This document shows positions 30,223 through 38,424 of a stretch of 64,000 nt of DNA, piece by piece (within the stretch, counting starts at the first letter, position 1; each line of letters opens with the position of its first letter). The notes beneath the pieces were generated by a model. The model was not told where the DNA came from. It searched no databases and was given only the letters and a program-made list of their open reading frames with translations. The DNA comes from Cyclobacteriaceae bacterium. Lineage in GTDB: Bacteria > Bacteroidota > Bacteroidia > Cytophagales > Cyclobacteriaceae. Position numbers and translations under genes: made by a program. The stretch is from NCBI GenBank assembly GCA_044223825.1, contig JBGALO010000005.1:68802-132801 (forward strand). Reading direction: 5' to 3'.

Positions 30223-30735
30223 ATGTTCCTCAATCTCGACACCATTCCATCTTTTTATAAAGGCTATATTAAGCTTGTTGAGCAAGCTGATCCCCTTCAG
30301 GCTTTGCGGATCTCAGGGTACCGCGCACTGGAAATAGTCCATACAATTCCAGAGGCCAAAGCTGACTTTCGGTACGCAGAAGGAAAGTGGTCGATCCGTG
30401 AAGTGCTTTGTCACATGATGGATGCTGAAAGAATATTTGCCTACCGTGCCCTCACATTTGCGCGCAACGATAAGACACCCCTTCCGGGTTTTGATGAAAA
30501 TGCATATGCTGCGCATCTGAATGCAACGTCAAGAAGCCTTCGACACATCGGAGATCAGATGCAACATCTTCGTACAACATCTGTCGATCTCTTCGATAGC
30601 TTCAGCGAAGAGATGTTGAAGAGAAAGGGAACGGCAAATAATAACGAGCTGTCCGTTGTGGCGTTGGGCTTTATTATTGCCGGCCATGAGATGCATCATT
30701 GCAAGATCCTGCAGGAGCGGTATCTTAAGGCATGA
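30223..30735 (+). CDS. DinB family protein
   Basis: YAEGKWSIREVLCHMMDAERIFAYRAL, PGFDENAY and IAGHEMHH metal-binding His pattern. Confidence 0.88.
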   Translation: MFLNLDTIPSFYKGYIKLVEQADPLQALRISGYRALEIVHTIPEAKADFRYAEGKWSIREVLCHMMDAERIFAYRALTFARNDKTPLPGFDENAYAAHLNATSRSLRHIGDQMQHLRTTSVDLFDSFSEEMLKRKGTANNNELSVVALGFIIAGHEMHHCKILQERYLKA

Positions 30736-32021
30736 TTAAAAGACCTGGGGCGTACCTGCTAATCCTCTTATTGGCTGGTGCATGCTCGTCGAACCGATAC
30801 CTTTCAAACTCAATCCGTCAGACGGAAAAAGACTTTCATGACCACGTTGGATTTGTACTCTACGATCCGACTGCTAAAAAAACCATCTTTGACCACCAGG
30901 GCGAGCGTTACTTCACGCCAGCATCCAATACAAAAATATTCACGCTTTTTTCTTCACTTAAGTTATTAGGCGATTCGATTCCTGCACTTCGCTATACTTC
31001 GTCGAATGACTCACTGTTTATGTGGGGAACCGGGCACCCGGGATTTTTATATGAGAATACCTGGCAGGACAGCGTTGTTTATAAATTTTTAAAAGCGCGT
31101 CGCGAACAGCTATTTTTTTCCTCTTCGAATTTTCAATCTGAAGTTTTCGGCCCGGGGTGGAGTTGGGATGATTATATGTATTATTTCCAGGTCGAACGAA
31201 CACCACTCCCTATTTATGGAAACCTGGCAAAAGTGAAGAAACTGGAGAATGCCTTCTTGTCTGATCCACGTGTATTTGACTTTGTCATCAACTCCACTTC
31301 TTCACCCGGAAAAACCTCAACCCTGCTGAGGGGCAAAGAATCTAATCTTGTGGTGTTCCAGCAGGGACTTGTAGATAAACCAAAGCAATGGACGGTACCA
31401 TTCCATGTTACCGATGATGTTGTTGCCCGGATGTTAAAAGACACGTTGAGAAAGGAGGTCACGCCCGTCAGACGAAACCTTCCCTCAAATGCCCAAACAT
31501 TGTACGCCCCTCACCCAGACAGTCTGTACAAAGTGATGATGGTGGAGAGCGATAATTTCATCGCTGAGCAGTTGTTGTTGATGTGCGCAGGCGTCTTGAG
31601 CGACACCCTGAAACCTGAAATTGCCATCAGGCATGTAAAAAAGAATTTGCTTAATGATCTTCCGGATGAACCATTTTGGGTTGATGGATCGGGGTTGTCA
31701 CGATACAATTTATTCACGCCGCGCTCGATTGTATCGCTGTGGACAAAGATCGATGCAATGATACCCCGCGAAAGATTATTTCAATTGTTGGCGGTAGGCG
31801 GAAAAAATGGTACGCTTAAAAACACCTACAAAGCCGAAAAACCCTACATTTTTGGCAAAACGGGTACATTGAGTAACAATCATGCGTTAAGCGGATTTTT
31901 GGTTACCAAACGCGGGCGTACACTCATCTTTAGCTGGATGAATAATAACTTTGTATCTCCCAACGCTGAGGTCCGCGGAAGAATGGAAGAAGTGCTAAAA
32001 TGGATCTATGAAAAATATTAG
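30732..32021 (+). CDS. dacB: D-alanyl-D-alanine carboxypeptidase/endopeptidase (PBP4, peptidase S13), lipoprotein
   Basis: PASNTK (SxxK), SDN (SxN), DGSGLSRYN and KTGT motifs; lipobox LAGAC. Confidence 0.9.
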   Translation: MIKRPGAYLLILLLAGACSSNRYLSNSIRQTEKDFHDHVGFVLYDPTAKKTIFDHQGERYFTPASNTKIFTLFSSLKLLGDSIPALRYTSSNDSLFMWGTGHPGFLYENTWQDSVVYKFLKARREQLFFSSSNFQSEVFGPGWSWDDYMYYFQVERTPLPIYGNLAKVKKLENAFLSDPRVFDFVINSTSSPGKTSTLLRGKESNLVVFQQGLVDKPKQWTVPFHVTDDVVARMLKDTLRKEVTPVRRNLPSNAQTLYAPHPDSLYKVMMVESDNFIAEQLLLMCAGVLSDTLKPEIAIRHVKKNLLNDLPDEPFWVDGSGLSRYNLFTPRSIVSLWTKIDAMIPRERLFQLLAVGGKNGTLKNTYKAEKPYIFGKTGTLSNNHALSGFLVTKRGRTLIFSWMNNNFVSPNAEVRGRMEEVLKWIYEKY

Positions 32022-33264
32022 TCAAGCCGTAATACTGTTGTTGCTTGTCACGGGATTTTCTTTCGGACAAAGCAGTGACTCGCTCGATATTAAAATCGGT
32101 CAGATGCTGCTGATCGGTATTCCGAGAGCAGAAGTAGATCCACTTGTGTTGGAAGAAGTAAGAGCAGGTAAAGTTGGTTCGATCATATTATTTGAAAAAA
32201 ATATTCCAAAGGGAACGGCGTCATTCACCGCTTTAAAGAAAATAATATGGACCTATCAACAAGCCGCACCCACAAGGTTGATAGTAGCGATTGATCAGGA
32301 AGGTGGAAAGGTTAACCGCCTCAAAGACAAATATGGCTTTGCGAGATCCATTACCGCTCAGGAGATGGGGAAATCTCCCAACCTGGATTCTGTGAGATTT
32401 TATTCTGAGTCAACCGCCGCGACACTCGTTGGACTTGGCTTCAATGTGAATTTTGCGCCGGTTGTTGACCTGGGAGTCAACAAGGACAACACCGTTATTT
32501 ATAAAGTTGGGAGATCGTTTTCAGCTAATGCGGATTCGGTTGCTATGATGGCCGGAGAGTTCATCAAACCACACCGGAGATTGGGTGTTATCACGGTATT
32601 GAAACATTTTCCCGGGCACGGCAGCTCGATGGCCGATACACACCTGGGTGTGGCCGACGTGACCAAAACCTGGACGAATGCGGAATTGATTCCATACCAA
32701 AAGTTGATTGATTCGCATGAAGTAGATGCCATCATGAGCGCACACATCGTAAACAAACAACTCGATCCCGCCGGTCTGCCAGGCACGCTGTCAAAGAGAG
32801 TACTCGACAGTTTGCTTCGCAAGAAGATGAATTACGATGGCGTTCTTTTTTCTGACGATATGCAAATGCAGGCCATTGCAAAGGAGTATGGACTGGAGGA
32901 AGCGATCAGATTATCCATCAACGCGGGGATCGATGTGCTGTGTTTTTCAAACAACATTCAGGACAGCGAGAATCGAACGGTGAACAAAGTTCATGCGATC
33001 ATCCGAAGCATGGTTGAGAAAGGACAAATTACCCGCGAACGCATTGATAAATCGTATGACAGGATCAGGAAGTTAAAAATGCGAATCAACCGGTCCGACG
33101 AAGAAAATTTGGCACGTGACCTGGAGGCTTCCAGAAATGAAGCTGCCGCGCTCCGTCGTGAGGTGGAGCAGCTGAAGCAAAAGCCGGTAAGTCCGTCCCC
33201 GGCTACTGATTCGGTCAAAGAAGAAGAACCGAAGTCAAAAAAGAAAAAGAAGAAGTCTAAATAA
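32008..33264 (+). CDS. nagZ: GH3 beta-N-acetylhexosaminidase (NagZ-like)
   Basis: AIDQEGGKVNR, NFAPVVD, KHFPGHG..ADTH (Asp-His dyad) and FSDDMQM motifs; single TIM domain plus a charged tail. Confidence 0.85.
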   Translation: MKNISQAVILLLLVTGFSFGQSSDSLDIKIGQMLLIGIPRAEVDPLVLEEVRAGKVGSIILFEKNIPKGTASFTALKKIIWTYQQAAPTRLIVAIDQEGGKVNRLKDKYGFARSITAQEMGKSPNLDSVRFYSESTAATLVGLGFNVNFAPVVDLGVNKDNTVIYKVGRSFSANADSVAMMAGEFIKPHRRLGVITVLKHFPGHGSSMADTHLGVADVTKTWTNAELIPYQKLIDSHEVDAIMSAHIVNKQLDPAGLPGTLSKRVLDSLLRKKMNYDGVLFSDDMQMQAIAKEYGLEEAIRLSINAGIDVLCFSNNIQDSENRTVNKVHAIIRSMVEKGQITRERIDKSYDRIRKLKMRINRSDEENLARDLEASRNEAAALRREVEQLKQKPVSPSPATDSVKEEEPKSKKKKKKSK

Positions 33265-33333
33265 ATCGCCGCTGTCGAAAACAGAACCTTGCCTGATCGA
33301 TGCATTATCAGCTTGGTGTTTAAAAATATTTCA

Positions 33334-33395
33334 CACGCAAAACTCGCCAAGAAAAAGCATAAGCTCCTTTGCAATCTTAGCGCCTTTGCGTGAGG
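33334..33395. repeat. intergenic imperfect inverted repeat, family A copy 2
   Basis: CACGCAAAACTCGCCAAG ... CTTAGCGCCTTTGCGTGAGG (20-mer identical to 24576-24595). Confidence 0.75.
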
Positions 33396-33529
33396 GTATC
33401 ATACGTTGGTGACAGACGTATATGCCATCACTGCCACGTTGATTTGTTGATACGCAAAAACATCTTACCTCAGCTTTTGAACAACCTCCAGACATTCGTA
33501 TAAAAAGGTGCAACCAAAAACCAAATAAT

Positions 33530-33841
33530 ATGACAGAACACGAAGAACTGCTCCAATTCCGTGAGGAAAAGAAACACCGCCTAAAACGCGCCAGGATTAC
33601 GGCTTTAATATTTGGTGTCCTTGCAATCACTGGTTTGATTGCCCTTGTCTATGCATTCTTTCAGCAAACTGCTGCCAACAGAGCGCGACTGGAAGCCGAA
33701 ATGAGTGCAAAGTCAGCTGTCGAGTCTGTGCGTATAGCAGACGAAAAAGCTGCGAAGTTTGAAGCAATCGCCCAGCGCCAGACGCGAATCGCGGATAGTC
33801 TCATGCAAGCCTGTCAACAACTTTCAAAAGAATCTAAATGA
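33530..33841 (+). CDS. single-TM coiled-coil hypothetical protein (paralogue 1)
   Basis: Basic KKHRLKRARI, TM ALIFGVLAITGLIALVYAFF, then an Ala/Glu-rich coiled coil. Confidence 0.7.
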   Translation: MTEHEELLQFREEKKHRLKRARITALIFGVLAITGLIALVYAFFQQTAANRARLEAEMSAKSAVESVRIADEKAAKFEAIAQRQTRIADSLMQACQQLSKESK

Positions 33842-34332
33842 CAAGTCAGGAACCATTGGAATTCGACAAAGAAAAGTTCCAAAGAAAAGTACGAAGACAA
33901 GCACGTATCCATTCAATAGTGTTCGGCCTCGCTGGAATGATTGGGGTCCTCGGAATTTTGTATGGATTAATAAAGAACATTGAAGCTGAGGCGCAAATGA
34001 ATCTCGCCATGAGAAATGAAAAGGAAGCAATCGAATCACGGTTGCTTGCCGGCAAACAAAGCGACTTAAATAAAGATTTGGAACGTCAGAATGCTGACCT
34101 CCGGAATCAACTTGATGCGTGCAGTGCCCGAAACGTCAAGGACGCTCAACAAGAGTGTGGAAAGTCGCTAGCGACGGCAGAAGCAATGGTTCTGCAAAAC
34201 CTACAAAGAGCGATAATGGCGGAAGCAGATGCAAAAAGGGGTCATCAAATAAATGAAGCGTATGCAAAGAAGGCTCAGCAAATAAATGACGACCTTAAAA
34301 GACAACTCGAAAAATGCAAAACCGGAAAATAG
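33838..34332 (+). CDS. single-TM coiled-coil hypothetical protein (paralogue 2)
   Basis: KVRRQARI, TM SIVFGLAGMIGVLGILYGLI, then a coiled coil; ATGA overlap with paralogue 1. Confidence 0.7.
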   Translation: MTSQEPLEFDKEKFQRKVRRQARIHSIVFGLAGMIGVLGILYGLIKNIEAEAQMNLAMRNEKEAIESRLLAGKQSDLNKDLERQNADLRNQLDACSARNVKDAQQECGKSLATAEAMVLQNLQRAIMAEADAKRGHQINEAYAKKAQQINDDLKRQLEKCKTGK

Positions 34333-34347
34333 TTGCCAGCTTTGAGC

Positions 34348-35148
34348 ATGGATAAACCGTTTCGGATAATTCCGGCAAAAGCTAAAGGACTACCCATTCT
34401 TCTCAGCGTGCCCCACTGTGGGACAAAATTTCCCGATGAACTCACACATCTATATCATCCTGAACTCATAAAAAACCCTGACGACACCGATTGGTTTGTC
34501 GATCAGTTGTACGACTTCGCTGCCGATATGGGAATCACGATGATTGCAGCAAATTACAGTCGGTGGGTCATTGATCTTAACCGTGATCCGGAAAGTAAAC
34601 CGCTCTATACAGATGGCCGCATCATAACGGGATTATGTCCGATGACAAATTTTCTAGGACAACCCCTTTACAGGGACAACCGGGTAGACATTGACGATAC
34701 TGAAGTCGCACATCGGTTGAAGCATTACTACCTGCCGTATCATACGCAAATACAGTTGATGCTTGATGAGTTGAAAAAGAAATTCAAAAATGTGTTGCTT
34801 TGGGATTGTCACTCAATCCGCCAGGTAGTGCCAACGATTCAAAGGGAAAAATTTCCTGATCTGATCCTGGGCGATGCAGACGGCACTTCTGCGGCTGCAA
34901 TATTGACTCAACGAACTCTGGAAAGCCTGAGGGCCGATAGATTTAAAGTCAGTCACAATCATCCTTTCAAGGGTGGTTATATTACAAGACATTTCGGGAG
35001 GCCTGCAATCGGTCACCATGCGCTGCAACTCGAGATGACAAAGGTCAACTACATGGATGATCATGAAGTGCGTTATGACAAAACCAGAGCCGACAACATG
35101 CGCACGTTGTTGATGAAGACGCTGGAATCTGTGAGCAAGGAATTATGA
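34348..35148 (+). CDS. hutG: N-formylglutamate amidohydrolase
   Basis: SVPHCG, DDTDWFVDQLY, SRWVIDLNR, LWDCHSI, NHPFKGGYITR and HALQLEM motifs. Start set at ATG 34348. Confidence 0.92.
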   Translation: MDKPFRIIPAKAKGLPILLSVPHCGTKFPDELTHLYHPELIKNPDDTDWFVDQLYDFAADMGITMIAANYSRWVIDLNRDPESKPLYTDGRIITGLCPMTNFLGQPLYRDNRVDIDDTEVAHRLKHYYLPYHTQIQLMLDELKKKFKNVLLWDCHSIRQVVPTIQREKFPDLILGDADGTSAAAILTQRTLESLRADRFKVSHNHPFKGGYITRHFGRPAIGHHALQLEMTKVNYMDDHEVRYDKTRADNMRTLLMKTLESVSKEL

Positions 35149-36524
35149 ACCACGAGCAATTGAAATATTTTCGCTTCAACGGAATGCTCCAACGCGAAGA
35201 TTGGTTGCTCCCCGCGTACGTGGGTGTCGACGCATCGGGCAAGATCCAATATCTTTCAAATCATTCTCCCGATGGAATTGCTGTAGAGACTATAAACGGA
35301 TATGCAATTCCCGGATTCCAAAATGCACATTCACATGCATTTCAATATGCCATGGCAGGCCTTGCAGAGAATCATGCTGCTGGCACAGACGACGACTTCT
35401 GGACGTGGCGCGAGGAAATGTACAAGTGCGCACTAACTGTCGATCCCGATCAGGTAGAGGCTATTGCTGCCATGCTATATGCTGAAATGGTTCGACACGG
35501 ATATACTCATGTAGCGGAGTTCCATTACCTCCATCATAATAAAGACGGGAAACCATACAGCAATCTCGCTGAAATAGGTGAGCGATTGGTCGCCGCGGCA
35601 AAAACGGCAGGCATAAAAATTACACTTGTTCCGGTCTTTTACCAGAAAGGTGGGTTCGGCATGGAGCCACAGCCGAGACAACGGCGATTCATATCGAAGA
35701 CACTCGATGAATATTTCAAATTGCTGGATGCTTCACGGTCAGTCGTTTCAGGACATGAGCATGCAAGCCTTGGATTCAGCGTACACTCATTGCGTGCCGT
35801 CAACTTGAATGATATTGTAAAAACTTTTGAGAAGGGTCCGAAAGATTTACCCTTTCACCTTCACGTTGCTGAACAAAAGAAGGAAATTTCTGATTGCCTG
35901 GAGTTTTGCAGCAAACGTCCCATGCAATGGCTGCTCGATAATCTTGCTGTCGATGACCGGTTTTTTCTCGTCCACTCTACGCACCTTGACGACAATGAAT
36001 TAGAGAAGCTGGCTTCATCGAAAGCTAATGTTGTACTGTGTCCATCAACTGAGGGGAACCTCGGCGATGGCATATTCCGGATGAAAGAATATTATGCCTT
36101 AAATGGAAATTGGTGCATTGGCACGGACAGTCACATCGGACTGAATCCGTTGGAAGAATTCAGAATGATTGACTACCGCCAACGCCTGGTAACCAACAGA
36201 AGGAACACATTTACCGGCGACGTGGGAAAATATTTGATAAACGAATCGATCATAGCGGGCCGGAAAGCGATGGGCGTTAAAGCAGCTGATAATTTTTCTT
36301 TGGGACAGCCGCTCGATGCGTTTATTGTTGATGCTTCATCACCGCTTATTTCTGAGACTTCGCTTCGCAATCTTGCAGCTACCATTGTTTATACACAAGA
36401 CCCTGCAACAAGCCTTGGTACGATGGTGAACGGCCGATGGATCGTACGGCATAGCCGGCATGTGAATCACGCCTCAATTGCTAATACATTCTCCCAAGCA
36501 ATTTCCGGCCTGAAAAGCCGCTAA
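35145..36524 (+). CDS. hutF: formimidoylglutamate deiminase
   Basis: PGFQNAHSHAFQ, FWTWREEMY, VAEFHYLHH, HLHVAEQ, CPSTEGNLGDG and GTDSH motifs; overlaps hutG. Confidence 0.95.
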   Translation: MNHEQLKYFRFNGMLQREDWLLPAYVGVDASGKIQYLSNHSPDGIAVETINGYAIPGFQNAHSHAFQYAMAGLAENHAAGTDDDFWTWREEMYKCALTVDPDQVEAIAAMLYAEMVRHGYTHVAEFHYLHHNKDGKPYSNLAEIGERLVAAAKTAGIKITLVPVFYQKGGFGMEPQPRQRRFISKTLDEYFKLLDASRSVVSGHEHASLGFSVHSLRAVNLNDIVKTFEKGPKDLPFHLHVAEQKKEISDCLEFCSKRPMQWLLDNLAVDDRFFLVHSTHLDDNELEKLASSKANVVLCPSTEGNLGDGIFRMKEYYALNGNWCIGTDSHIGLNPLEEFRMIDYRQRLVTNRRNTFTGDVGKYLINESIIAGRKAMGVKAADNFSLGQPLDAFIVDASSPLISETSLRNLAATIVYTQDPATSLGTMVNGRWIVRHSRHVNHASIANTFSQAISGLKSR

Positions 36525-36663
36525 TTCGGGCCGATTACGCCCAATACACTCGGCCGCTATTTCCCGCAACCCGACGGCAGTTTCGTCCTTTTAGCGATGA
36601 GAATCGCAGTTCACACTTACTGTGTGCGAACAATACCGATTAATGCACAACGTTACTTCGGTT

Positions 36664-36930
36664 ATGAAATATTTATTTGTTCTCGCGTTGGCAGCCGTAC
36701 TTGCTGCATGTGGCGAATGTGACAACTCGAAATTCTATCAGATCCGAACGATCACGCCCAAAGGAAGCAACGGGCTTATTTCCAGTTATGGTGCTGAGGG
36801 CCTTGGGCCGTGCACAAGCTGGCAAAAAACAGAAGTCGTGAACTTCACAGACTCAACGAGCCGGTTTAAGCTGAGTCAGATCATCGATCGGGCGACAATA
36901 CTCCAATACGAGTCAAAGGGTACGCATTAG
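36664..36930 (+). CDS. small hypothetical lipoprotein
   Basis: MKYLFVLALAAVLAAC lipoprotein signal. Start moved to ATG 36664. Confidence 0.6.
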   Translation: MKYLFVLALAAVLAACGECDNSKFYQIRTITPKGSNGLISSYGAEGLGPCTSWQKTEVVNFTDSTSRFKLSQIIDRATILQYESKGTH

Positions 36931-36934
36931 AAAT

Positions 36935-38392
36935 TTATTTCTCCCATTTCCAGTCGCCGGCAATAATCAGCGGTTCCTTCAGGTTATTGTCGATCATGAA
37001 CTGCTTTGTCGTCTCGCTGTCCATTTTTTGCGCCGGAAGCTTATCGGCATTGGCAAGCGCATACAATGCCATGGTTCCAAACCTGGCTGTATTGACAAGG
37101 TGTTCTTCATTTACAAGGTTGAAGTCATCGCAGTCAGAATGGTAGCAGCCATAGATCGAACGGTCAAGATTGCTGTGCATCGACAAAATCGGAACACCTT
37201 CAAGCATGAACGGTTGGTGGTCGCTGTGCAATCCTGATGTGTTTGAAAATTTATTCACAAACAACGTGTCTATTTTCTGAATCTCTGCACCAACATTTTT
37301 GAAAAATGTTGAGTCATCGAGTTTGCCGCCGGCATTGAGTCCAATCGGATTACCAGTCATGTCGAGGTTCATCATATATTTCACGCGCTCAATGCTGCCA
37401 TCTTTTGCAGCCTGTTCAACCATGTAACGTGAACCCAGCAAACCTTGCTCTTCGCCCATGAACATGACAAATTTCACAGTGCGTTTTGGCGCCAGCTTGT
37501 TGGCTTTGAACGCGCGTGCAATATCCAGAACAGAAAAAGATCCGATCCCATTGTCGATTGCGCCGGTAGCAAGATCCCATGAATCGAGATGCCCGCCGAT
37601 GACTATTTCTTCATTGGGGAGTTCAGTGCCTTTCAGTGTTGCAATTACATTGCGCGCTCTGATTACGTCGCTGTGGTTGCTCATTGCGATATGAGCCTGA
37701 ATCTTCTTACTCTTCAATTTTTCCTTGATGGCCATCCCGTTCTCTTTACTGATACAGACAGCGGGGATCGGGATTAATTCACCTGTCACTGATGCAGTGC
37801 CAGTAAGCAGTACACCGTTGTCAACCTGATTGAAGATTATCACACCCTTCGCTCCATGTTTAATGGCGATCGCCGTTTTTTCACTGCGATGCAGGTTATG
37901 CAGTCCCTTTTCACTTCCCTCCAAAATACCAATGTAAAAGAAGGCGATCTTACCCTTAACGGCCTCGCCCGCCTTGCCTTCGTAATCTTTCTCCAAACCG
38001 TTTCCGAGATCTACAAGCTCGCCAGTAACATCAGCTGTGATAGGCGAATGACCCAGCGTTACAGCAGGAACGCTGTCGCCATCGATTGCAACAGAAATAT
38101 ACCCCCGCGCCCAAGCTTCAACCTCAAATTCCTGGAACTGCACATCATCAAATCCATATTCTTTGAATTTGTTATAGGTGTAGTCTTCTGCACGATGGCC
38201 ATTGGTTGATCCGGTAAGCCTGTGCCCGATTGTTGACGTCGCCTCCTTCAGTGTGGCGTATGCTTTTGAGTTCTTTTTCACTTCGCTGTCGATGCGCACG
38301 AATGTGTCGTGGAGGGTTTCTTTTTTTGAACAAGCTGCAATGCCGATAGCAAGGATTAACGCAGCGAGCAGGAAGGAGAAAGATTTATTCAT
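36935..38392 (-). CDS. M28 family metallopeptidase with PA domain (carboxypeptidase Q-like), lipoprotein
   Basis: GHLDSWD, GAIDNGIG, GEEQGLLGS, NLDM, SDHQPF and YHSDCD motifs; lipobox IAAC. Confidence 0.9.
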   Translation of the reverse strand: MNKSFSFLLAALILAIGIAACSKKETLHDTFVRIDSEVKKNSKAYATLKEATSTIGHRLTGSTNGHRAEDYTYNKFKEYGFDDVQFQEFEVEAWARGYISVAIDGDSVPAVTLGHSPITADVTGELVDLGNGLEKDYEGKAGEAVKGKIAFFYIGILEGSEKGLHNLHRSEKTAIAIKHGAKGVIIFNQVDNGVLLTGTASVTGELIPIPAVCISKENGMAIKEKLKSKKIQAHIAMSNHSDVIRARNVIATLKGTELPNEEIVIGGHLDSWDLATGAIDNGIGSFSVLDIARAFKANKLAPKRTVKFVMFMGEEQGLLGSRYMVEQAAKDGSIERVKYMMNLDMTGNPIGLNAGGKLDDSTFFKNVGAEIQKIDTLFVNKFSNTSGLHSDHQPFMLEGVPILSMHSNLDRSIYGCYHSDCDDFNLVNEEHLVNTARFGTMALYALANADKLPAQKMDSETTKQFMIDNNLKEPLIIAGDWKWEK

Positions 38393-38424
38393 GGTGATAA
38401 AATATTTAAAAAGAAGGTTGACTG

